A stretch of 47,327 bases of DNA, from the NCBI RefSeq assembly GCF_001194135.2, contig NC_068983.1, forward strand, positions 96,244,508-96,291,834, read 5' to 3'. The stretch is from Octopus bimaculoides. Lineage: Eukaryota. This document shows positions 37,625 through 47,327 of this stretch, piece after piece. Within the stretch, counting starts at the first letter, position 1. Each line of letters opens with the position of its first letter. The notes under the pieces were generated by a model. That model ran no database searches. It saw only the letters and a list, made by a program, of their open reading frames with translations, and had not been told where the DNA came from. Made by a program: the position numbers and the translations under genes.

Positions 37625-37695
37625 CTCTGTACCATGGTTTCAAGCTATTTAGCTAGATAAAATTATATCTAACTCCGGGGCTTTCATCAGCAGAG
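37625..37695 (-). ncRNA. Identical second copy of the hammerhead (possibly an assembly overlap)
   Basis: 37527-37613 equals 37624-37710, separated by exactly 10 N. Confidence 0.5.
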
Positions 37696-37927
37696 ATCCG
37701 GATTAGCGTGTAAACACGAGCCAAGGAAAGAACCTGACTCGAGTTTACAAGCTTAATTTCCCCAAAATTAACCACGCATGTGCGCATTAACTAATCGGCA
37801 GTAAATGTAAAACAAATGCCGATTTTCTTTCAGAAATTAGCCAAAAATATCTCATGATTAATAATAGATAAATAGATAGATAGAAATTGAATTTTAAACT
37901 TGTAAATGAAATCTTTTATTTTCTTTA

Positions 37928-37928
<1 letters not shown>

Positions 37929-37989
<61 letters not shown>

Positions 37990-38070
37990 TCAACAACAGC
38001 AACGGCGACGACAACATTGCTATTACTATTACCACCATTATCACCTACTACTACTACTACTGCTGCTGCT
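37929..38070. repeat. (CTA)n-rich compound triplet repeat
   Basis: Direct reading. Confidence 0.9.
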
Positions 38071-39387
38071 GCAGGGGGTGTCAATAAACTCATCAACCTT
38101 TACTAAGATCTCTGTCTTTGCCGCTACTACTGCTATAAGAACAACAACAACAACAATTGGAGAAGCAGCAATAACAACATCAACACCTTTAGGTTCAAAC
38201 CTCTTATCAAACGGATGTTACGACTAACGCCCAGTCAACAATAAGTGTTAAGTACCTCCAACATAAAACTTCTGTTTTTCTTTGATTTCGAATGCAATCT
38301 TTTTCCGATTCACTGTTTACAATCCTGTCTAGATGTGAAATCTGTTTTATATCGTTGTTAATTCGGAGACATTTTTGCTACTATGTACCATTTTAGCAAA
38401 AAGACCTTGTTTCCTTTTGTATTTTTTCTTTTTTTGCCATTTCTCTTTTTTCTGTTTTGTTAAATCTTGAAACCCAACTTCAAATATCTTATGATTTTTG
38501 ACGAGGCGGATCTGGTTTATTTCATTCATGCTGACCTTTTTCTCTTTATCCTCGAATCTTTTGCTCAAGTGATCTTGTAGAGAAGAATAGCGATACTGGT
38601 GTTATTGTTGATTCAGGATATTTTCTTACCTATGCATATATATATCACACTTTAGACTGTGATCCTAGGGTATGAATTACAACTAACAATCTTGCGATTC
38701 AAATTATTTATACTAATACGAATTTATACACAATAGGCTATTCAATTTCCTAAATATTTCATTCGTGACTGCATCTACATTTAGTTTAGCCTAAAAAAAT
38801 ATCTAATTGTGTATTCTTCATTCTGTCCTAGAATGATTTAATGTAATTGGTACTAATTTTATCGTAAAACCTTCGCAATATCCTACCTAAATGCTCGTTA
38901 CCAAATAGTTATGAGCAATTAGGAAGATCATTGTGCAGAAATAAAATTAAAATTTATCTTAGGTAAGTATTTGTTCTTTCTCTAGAGATTATAGCACAGT
39001 TGGTACTAAATCTTTACTACGTATAAATTAATTATTTTACCAGAACACAATTATCGAGGAATTGTTTACACTTTGTCTATTCTTTGTATAAAACCGTAAT
39101 TTAGAATATTCAGGCTCGGTTTTAAGTAGAATGTTGCCGTTTCCGAGTTCAAAGATTGTTTGTCGTTACATAATCACGGAGCACTATCTCTACAAGCTCA
39201 CAAAGATTGCCTGAACCATTTTTCTACAACATATTATGTGATAATAACAAATAATATTATGATGCAGATAAAAACAATTTTATAAACCTGCTCACTCTTT
39301 ACAACACACACACACACATGTATGTATACGTGTGTCTTTGTATATGTGTATGTGTGTGTATGTATATGTGTGTGTGTTTATAGATAT

Positions 39388-39445
39388 ATTATCTTTTACT
39401 GATTTCAACCAGAGGCTGAGGCCATGCTGGAGAACCACCTTTCAG
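39388..39445 (-). mobile_element. SINE B 3' tail fragment
   Basis: tcttttactgatttca...gaggccatgctggagaaccacctt matches the 3' module at 8385-8415. Confidence 0.6.
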
Positions 39446-39563
39446 TGTGATTGAGTTTCTTTTCTGTATTGTTTCTGGTGAAGTAGCGAGCTGGATGGAG
39501 TTGCTCTTCTTTGTGCCCTGGTATCTCAGATAAAATTTGTCTATACGTCTTTGAAGACCTCCA

Positions 39564-39613
<50 letters not shown>

Positions 39614-39614
39614 A

Positions 39615-39666
<52 letters not shown>

Positions 39667-39969
39667 ATTATATATATCATATATAGCATATATATATCAT
39701 ATTATACACATATGTGTGTTTGTGTGTGTGTGCGTGTGCGCGCATGCATATAGGTATGTATTTCTGATGGTATGCAGATTATGTCGGCCCGTATATTGCT
39801 GTTGACGTACTAAAACAGCAATGTAGCAGCATGAACTGACATGAGTATTAACCCCACAAGAGGCCCAAAAATATTCATCACATATTCCCAAACAAATTCC
39901 ATCCAAGTTGGAAACTTTAAAAATACTGCAAAGTACTTAATAGAGAGAGAGAGAGAGATGATCAGCAAC

Positions 39970-40395
39970 AAGGCGGCGAGCTGGCAGAAACATTAGCACG
40001 TCGGGAGAAATGCTTAGCGGTATTTTGTCTGCTGTTACGTTCTGAGTTCAAATTCCGCCGAGGTTGACTTTGCCTTAATTCTTTCGGAGACGATAAATTA
40101 ATTACGCACTGAGGTCGATGTAATCGACTTAATTCCTTTGTCTGTCCTTGTTTGTCCCCCTCAATGTTTAGCGCTTTGTGGGCATTAAAGAAATAAGAAA
40201 CGTTAGCACGCCGGCCGAAATGCTTAGCGGTATTTCGTGTCTTTACGTTCTGAGTTCAAATTCTGCCGAGGTCGACTTTACTGTTCATCCTTTCGGAGTT
40301 GATAAATTAAGTATCAATTACGTAGCGGGGTCGATCTAATCGACTGGCTCCCTCTCCCCAAATTTCGGGCTTTGTGCTTAGAGTAGAAAAGAATA
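39970..40395 (+). mobile_element. SINE A tandem dimer with two different tails
   Basis: Copy 1 (39970-40196) ends tttgtctgtccttgtttgtcccc...aaagaaataa; copy 2 (40197-40395) ends cccaaatttcgggctttgtgcttagagtagaaaag. Confidence 0.9.
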
Positions 40396-40489
40396 ATAGT
40401 TTCAACCGTTGACCTAGGGGGTTTTGAAAAGGAAATATGAAGTATGTACATGAAAGAAATGACATAAAATATGAAAGCGTTAGAGAGTC

Positions 40490-40760
40490 GCAATGATCTT
40501 CCGCACGTTCTCTGGCAGGTTTATGGTCGAGCCTGTGGAAGTGGAGACCACTGGCGTTTTCGGCCCCCGGGCCATATCCTTGCTCATCGCTATCGAAGCA
40601 GAGATGGCTATCTACAAGTGCTAGCTCCGTGAGCCAGAATGTTTGTTCCAGTACATCCCCATCCCCATTCTGCAGGGCAACGCCTTTTCTATATTCTCTG
40701 CTGGGTCCACGAGGCGGTCTGTATTACAGGAAATTGCACGTTCCCACTCTTTATTATAAA
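40490..40760 (+). mobile_element. CRE-clade non-LTR retrotransposon 3' fragment (restriction-like endonuclease C-terminus)
   Basis: RFMVEPVEVETTGVFGPRAISLLIAIEAEMAIYKC*LREPECLFQYIPIPILQGNAFSIFSAG resembles the CRE terminal motif F.P.AVET.G..GP....L......L.....DPRE...LFQR.S.AI.RGNA (recalled). Confidence 0.75.
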
Positions 40761-40785
40761 GTTATAACATTATTAGATATCAATA

Positions 40786-40999
40786 AAAGGCGGTGGGCTG
40801 GTAAAATCGTTAGCTCCGGACGAAATGCTTAGCGGCATTTCGTCTCTCTTCAGGTTCTGGTTTCAAATTCCGCCGAGGTCGACTTTGCCTTTCATCCTTT
40901 CAAAGTTGATAAAATAAGTTTCAGTTAAATATTGAGGTCGATGCAGTCTACTTACCCCATCCCCAAAATTGCTGGCCTTGTGCCGAAATTTGAAATCAT
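40786..40999 (+). mobile_element. SINE A with 15-bp TSD
   Basis: tattagatatcaata (40771-40785) and tattaaatatcaata (41000-41014). Confidence 0.9.
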
Positions 41000-41533
41000 T
41001 ATTAAATATCAATATTCACAGTATAGAACGTAATAAGATGCGGCTTTATCGCCAGTTCAACAATTGTTAAGTCTCCAAGTATTGGACTCCGGAAGAGGGG
41101 TAGAGATTCGCAAACCGCAGAGATAGAGATGGGCAGAGAATGCTTCATCATGAATAAGAAAGGCGTAGACAGGCATATGAGAAATACCGAAGCTGAGAAT
41201 AAAGAACAATTCTCAGAAAGTAACAAAACAAAATAGTTGCCGTATAGCTGGACTAGTTACAGATGACCCGGTTTGGTGTAATGACTGTGTAGATAAAAGG
41301 ATGAAGAGAAAGCGAAGTGAGTTATGTTGTGAGTCAACACAACCTACCGCTTTCCATGTGAAATCGATGCTACGAATGAATGTATGGTTTCTTTGGCCTA
41401 TCGGAAGCTGAGAAAGGGAATGCCCGGCTTTGCAAACTCAGTTTCCTACACGTGCGCGCGCACACACATACACACACACACACACGCAGACACACACCAC
41501 ATACACACATAGACAAACATACGCACACGCGCA

Positions 41534-41623
<90 letters not shown>

Positions 41624-42509
41624 CATATGTACATGTAGACATATACGCGTGTATATAAATAAACACACATATATATGTATATACATGTGTGCGTGTGTAT
41701 ATATACATATACATGCACACTTATATGGAGAGAGAGGACTGGCCGAGGAGGGGAACGAAAGGATATGGTGGGGGAGAGATGACGAAGCACGATATATACA
41801 AACTCTATACCGAGCAATAAATATATTTAATATACCCGTTCACTCATCTCATGTTTTAGAGACAACCAGATAGACTGAAAATAAACGCGCATACAAGCTC
41901 AAACAGTGCTTCATATAAATAAACAGATATTAAAATCTATTGACGCTATATTCAGCTATAAATCTGCGTATTTTTTTGCTAATAGAAACATATGTCAACC
42001 GGTGCAGTGAGTACTCGAAAAGAAACAGCATGATAAAATAAGAGAGAGAGACACACTCAAGAGTTGATACAAATACACACACACTCATACTTATACACTC
42101 AACGCTCGTAAAATATCAGATAAGTACGTTAAGCATAGAGCGAAGCTGCCACCCTTCGCTCCGGCTATTAGATTATGAACAAACGAATTATGAGAGAATT
42201 TATTGCATCAAAATGAGCAGATATCTTGTTGAAATAATATATTATCGGGGATTATTAAATTTTCTTAAAAGACTAAATGTTATTTTCGTAGTACATTGGT
42301 ACGTTGATTGTCAGGCAGCTGCTATGCCATCTGAACACCATCTGTTCTCACATTCACATATACGGTAAGGTAAGTCAAAGAGAGTGTGCGTATATGATAA
42401 CTCGTCTTGCTAGAAATAACACCCAAATCTCCTCCAACGATGCAGCGTTTATTGTCATCGATACTTGTTCAAACTACAATTAGTTCCGCTTGAAAAAAAA
42501 AATAATATG

Positions 42510-42933
42510 AAGAGGGTTGCTTCCCAATCACACGGTTTCGTGTTCAGGCCCACTGCGTGGCACCTTCGGCAAGTATCTTCTACTATGTGTGTGTGTGAAA
42601 ACGCAGGGCTTAGCGGTTAGGGTGTTGCACGCATGATTGCGAGATCATGGTTTCGATTACCAAACCGGATGTTGCATTGTGTACGCGAGCAACACACCCC
42701 ATTTTCCGTTGATATGCTATGATTTTGTCACCTGAACAAAATCAACAGAATATATTTGTACTATGTATGTAGACCCAGGCGTGGCTGTGTGGTAAGAAGC
42801 TTGCTTCCCAACCACATGGTATCTGATTCAGTCCCACTGCGCGGCACCTTGATCGAGTCTCCTTTATTGTAGCCTCGAGCCAACCAAAGCCGTCTAAGTG
42901 TTTGGTAGATGGAAACTGAAAGAAGCCCGTGGT
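42510..42933 (+). mobile_element. SINE cluster: B fragment (42510-42586), C (42600-42710), B (42770-42933)
   Basis: cccactgcgtggcacctt.ggcaagt.tcttctactat; ggttagggtgttgcac.catgat.gc.agatc.tggtttcgatt; gtggctgtgtggtaagaagc...ggaaactgaaagaagcccg. Confidence 0.85.
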
Positions 42934-43900
42934 ATTTCGTTTCCTCTTTCTTCCTTTCTCTAATTCTTTTATTCTCCCCTTCCCCCCTTTCGTCTTTTTC
43001 TCTCTCATCCTTTCTCTAATTCAGTTCCTTTCCTCTTCACCGTTCTCTATCTGTCCCTCTCTCTTCCTCACTCTTCCTCCTTTACTCTTTCGTTGCTCAC
43101 ACGTGACCATCGGCCATCTTTCTTTTCTTAACTTGAGTTTCTTTCTTTTTTTCCGATCAACTACAAGAGATCAGGTGCATCCTTGTCTGTCGCCTGTCAA
43201 AGCTTGTTTTTCCAGCGGTCGCCAACTCACCTCATCATGGCTTAACAGTCCTTACCTTTTTCACTGTCCTGCCTTTGTAATTTATGTAATCTTCAGTATC
43301 TTGCCCTCATACGTTTTTGGTATTTCGCTGAATTTCATTTGAGAACAATTAGGTCTTAGTAGACACATTACACGTGATCTTCTTCTAGCACATTAACAGT
43401 CCATCTAGTGGTCATCTTTATATATACATATTATATATATATTTGTGTATGTATGTGTGAGTGTATACCCCACTACTATCTGACCACCGGTNNNNNNNNN
43501 NNNNNNNNNNNNNNNNNNNNNNNNNNNNNNNNNNNNNNNNNNNNNNNNNNNNNNNNNNNNNNNNNNNNNNNNNNNNNNNNNNNNNNNNNNNNNNNNNNNN
43601 NNNNNNNNNNNNNNNNNNNNNNNNNNNNNNNNNNNNNNNNNNNNNNNNNNNNNNNNNNNNNNNNNNNNNNNNNNNNNNNNNNNNNNNNNNNNNNNNNNNN
43701 NNNNNNNNNNNNNNNNNNNNNNNNNNNNNNNNNNNNNNNNNNNNNNNNNNNNNNNNNNNNNNNNNNNNNNNNNNNNNNNNNNNNNNNNNNNNNNNNNNNN
43801 NNNNNNNNNNNNNNNNNNNNNNNNNNNNNNNNNNNNNNNNNNNNNNNNNNNNNNNNNNNNNNNNNNNNNNNNNNNNNNNNNNNNNNNNNNNNNNNNNNNN

Positions 43901-44040
43901 GTCTACCAAATCCCACTCTGAAGGATTTTGTCGGCCCGAGGCAATAGTAGAAGACACTTGGCCAAGATACCACCCAGTGGACTGAACCCGGAATCATGTA
44001 GTTGGGAAGCAAGCTTCTTACTACATAGTCACGCCCGGGC
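43901..44040 (-). mobile_element. SINE B head and core
   Basis: gtctaccaaatcc...ggcccgaggc.atagtagaagacacttg.ccaag...gaacccggaa.catgt.gttgg.aagcaagct. Confidence 0.9.
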
Positions 44041-44071
44041 CCATATGTGCGCGCGTGCGCGTGTCTCTCTC

Positions 44072-44262
44072 TATATATATATTTGTGTATGTATGTGTGA
44101 GTGTATACCCCACTACTATCTGACCACCGGTGATATTTTGCTTTTACATTCTCTTTATAAAGCCACTCAGAAAACAGAGATGGATAGAATAAGTACAGGG
44201 GTCGATTGTTCGATTAAGCCTTTCGAAGTAGTACCCCAGCATGACCGCAGTCCAATGACTGC
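44072..44262 (+). mobile_element. SINE B microsatellite plus 3' module
   Basis: gatagaataagtac.ggggtcgat.gttcga.taa...ccccagcatgaccgcagtccaatgactg. Confidence 0.8.
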
Positions 44263-44370
44263 TTAAAACGTATCACGGATTGACAAGCGAATGGAAAGTA
44301 CTAATTGTCATCGTGTGCGTATGTGTACTTAAATAGTGTATGTATAGATAAGTATGTGTGTGTGTGTGTA

Positions 44371-44402
<32 letters not shown>

Positions 44403-45035
44403 GAAGAAAAAGAAAGAGAGAGAGAGGAAGAAAAAGAAAGAGAGCGAGAGAAAGTGAGTGAGAAAATGATGTAACATTTATTTTGTAGCTTTTCATTTTC
44501 CTTTGTATCTTCTGTCGTGGAAACTTCTATATTAATAAAAGCGAAATTATGTTTGTCCATCTGAGACCCCTGTATCTCAGTCTAAGTTTTCTCTACATAG
44601 GCACATTATACCTTTTTGGAACCAGAATGATCCTGGGATTGAAAATCTGCCCTTCATTTGGTTCTTGAACATCCAACATTGAGATATGATTTAAAAGCAT
44701 TTGGGTTGCTATTTCTAGCAGGTAAAGCTTGGCTGATTTACATGATTTTGGTGGCGTTTGACAGATGACGTCAGAGATCAAGGCGGAGATAAATGACACC
44801 TGCTTCGTTACTTTTATGTCGGGATACGAACTTGGGGACAAATTGGCCAACAGTTGGAATTCAACTTGGGATGGGAACAATAGAATAATTGCATTACCGA
44901 ATAATTCTCATCTGTCCTTAACCTCTGATCAAACATATTCGGGACATATACTCATTTTAGACGTATTATGGTCATGGCAAGCTATTTAGCTCTCTTTAGT
45001 TTTGGGCTGCAGGCCCAGTTAGCCCTCTGCAGGAT

Positions 45036-45068
45036 CTAGGTGAAAAGCCCGCACGGAGTGCGGCTTTT
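45036..45068 (-). other. Helitron-like 3' terminal hairpin
   Basis: Reverse strand ccgcac-tcc-gtgcgg, 9 nt, then CTAG, close to the geometry at 24142-24169. The next base is A, not T, and no 5' end was located. Confidence 0.45.
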
Positions 45069-46056
45069 AAGCTTGTAGTTTAATGATTTTAAAATCAATA
45101 GAATATAATCAATGCTCTATGTTTTACGGTTAGCGCCTTTAGTTATCGATCGTTCTTGATTCTTGCCGATTTTTACCGATTATTTAATTCTTTTGCTCTT
45201 TCAAACAGTGCAGTTTGTTTCAATTTGTCATCAATATTACATGTACACATTTCGAAAGATGGTCTATATGCGCGCGAGCATGTGAGTGTGCGTGCGCGGT
45301 TTTATGTATCTGTGTGTGTATGATTTTTATGTGAATGCGTCTCTTGCATGCATGTGTCTATGATTACTTTTGCATGATAGTAACTATTTCTATATCTGCA
45401 ATTTCGCGTGTGTTTATGCTTGCTTTTTGTATGTGGGAAAAGTATGAGTATGTGTTTTGTAAGCAATAAAACATTCCCTATGTCACCTAATGTCATGTTT
45501 CTGACGTGCCTTGCTATATCGCAAGCGTCGACTAACTTGCGCGATTTAGTGTTATTGTCTTTATTTATGCCAGGGTGACATGTCTAAAATAATGATTTAT
45601 TTTTTTATTTAATTATTTATGTTTCAAATAATCCGAATATGTGTGAGAAAACTCTGGACATATTTCTACAGCAGAAGAATAACCACTGCATAACATGCAG
45701 GAATAGCAGCAAACGAATTAAGTAAATAATGTTTGTAGCTGTTGACTATATCAACGAACTGATTGTTGTTAACCTCTACTGAGGCTCACTTCAATGCAAT
45801 AATACCACTCTTCACTTTTCCTTAGCCTTCTATATATAAATTTTTACCCATATGCAAGTCAGACTCCACCCATACGTCAGACTTGCATTGCTTCCATGAT
45901 CAGAGATTTCAGAGCATTCTCAAGTGGAAACATGATAATCTTGTGTTTTTCAAAGCCTAAAAAAAATACTTCAGCTCTGATGAACAAAATATTTCCGAGA
46001 AGAGAATTTTGCCATCACATCTGTGGAGTAGCTGGTGTAATAAGTTTTAAAAAAAA

Positions 46057-46279
46057 AAGGTGAGCTGGCAGAATCGTTAGCACGCTGGGCGTAATGCTTA
46101 GCGGTATTTCGTCTGCCGTTATGTTCTGAGTTCAAATTTCGCCGAGTTCGACTTTGCCTTTCATCCTTTCGGGGTCGAATAAATAAGTACCAGTTACGCA
46201 CTGAGGTCGACTTAATCCCTTTGTCTGTCCTTGTTTGTCCCCTCTATGTTTAGTCCCCTGTGATTAATAAAGAAATAAA
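46057..46279 (+). mobile_element. SINE A with pyrimidine-rich tail type
   Basis: Tail identical in type to 40130-40196. Confidence 0.9.
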
Positions 46280-46785
46280 TACGTTAAAAAAACAACAGCA
46301 AAAAGTTAAACTGGATCCAAAAAATAGATTATATGCCTGTTTTGCCAAAAAGCTCAAACACTAACAAATTCCAATTTCTGACCTATTTCCCCCACACATT
46401 TCGAGCTTGATAACTGCATACTACAAACTCCTACCCGTCGCTCCTACCTGACTCTCATCCTCCCGTTACTCACTAATCTTCTTCTATCGTTTCCATTAAT
46501 TGCTCCATGCGGTCCTTTCTGTTTAGACTATCAACTCATTGGGTTTCTATTCTACTCCACCGTTTTTTTCAGAGCAGTGGTCAATTTGCAGATGTTGAAG
46601 ATGAACATCAAACACGTCCAGACGATAATTTCTAATGACCTTGTAACGTTATTACCACAATCTTTTGTCGTTCATTAAAGCCATAAAAAGGCGAGTGGTC
46701 GACTGCATATACATTAATCGTATGTATAGCGTTTGTGTTGTGTGTTCGCATGCGGGTGTGTTTGGGTATGCTGCTTACCTTATAT

Positions 46786-46870
46786 ATCGATCTCAAATTT
46801 TGGCATACGGCGAGCAATTGCGGGGGAGGGTGGTAATCGATTGCATCGACCCCTAGTGTTATTTATCGAT
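46786..46870 (-). mobile_element. SINE A 3' fragment
   Basis: atcgatctcaaattttggca...aatcgattgcatcgaccc; matches 515-605. Confidence 0.75.
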
Positions 46871-46953
46871 TTCTATATTTCGAGTTCCGCTATTTAAGCA
46901 ATTTATTTCTTTTCTCTCGTAGTATCTAAAAATAAATAAATATGGGTGTGTTA

Positions 46954-47260
46954 GAGGCAGGTGTGGCTATGGTTTCGGTTTTATTCTCACAACGCGGCAA
47001 CTTGGGCAAGTGTCTACTACATCTGTTCGACCAATGCCGTGTGAGTGAATTTGGTACATGGATACTGTATGAAAGCCTGTCCCATATGCATATGTATATA
47101 TGTATATAGGCGCAGATGTGGCTGTGTGGTAAGATGTTTGCTTTCCAACCACATGGTCCCGGGTTCAGTGCCACTACCTGGCACTTCTACTATAGCCTCG
47201 GGCCGACCAAAGTTTCGCGAGAGGATTTAGTAGACGGAAACTGAAAGAATCCCGCCGTAT
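46954..47260 (+). mobile_element. Two tandem SINE B copies (old 46954-47085, younger 47108-47260) followed by (TACA)/(TA)n
   Basis: Both contain head, core (cttgggcaagtgtc in the older copy, deleted in the younger) and ttt.gta.acgga.actg. Confidence 0.85.
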
Positions 47261-47290
47261 ATACATACATACATACATACATACATACAT

Positions 47291-47327
<37 letters not shown>

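Noticed and set aside
42138-42170. 8-bp hairpin gagcgaag/cttcgctc followed by CTAT as a Helitron end
   Set aside because: Only 3 nt between hairpin and terminus, terminus is not CTRR, and no 5' end was found.
44593-44880. Resemblance of NPRIILVP and LLANLSP to Helitron Pif1 helicase
   Set aside because: Motif spacing is about 75 aa versus about 45 aa expected, and no FAMTINKSQGQ-type motif follows.
45975-46005. CTGATGA motif
   Set aside because: No stem II or GAAA geometry. The same applies to minus-strand hits near 3235 and 16205.
195-47230. Long ORFs such as YLSI-, CVCV-, HTHT- and poly-I/N repeats, and ORFs spanning X runs
   Set aside because: Translations of microsatellites or N gaps, not genes.

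Overview
AT-rich, repeat-dense animal genomic DNA with 10 N-gaps and no confidently identifiable host exon. The SINE families and extreme (TA)n/(CA)n/(TACA)n/(CTAT)n content point to an octopus genome (inference from recalled repeats, not a database hit). Most supplied ORFs are microsatellite or N-gap artefacts. Supported content: three tRNA-headed SINE families (A, Deu/Nin-like core, about 13 copies with interchangeable tails; B, CORE-like with an internal microsatellite; C, V/Meta-like core); decayed LINE fragments (RTE, R4/Dong-like, CRE-like); an internally deleted Tc1/mariner; an LTR-like fragment; and a complete 788-bp non-autonomous Helitron. The most interesting signal is two unrelated minimal type I hammerhead ribozymes read directly from the sequence. 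One lies in a fold-back element with 89-bp inverted arms, a Pol III B-box and an (AAT)n spacer (19245-19566), suggesting a Penelope-mobilised SINE/retrozyme hybrid. The other is a well-paired GUA-cleaving hammerhead with an extended stem II, present twice around a 10-N gap (37528-37695).
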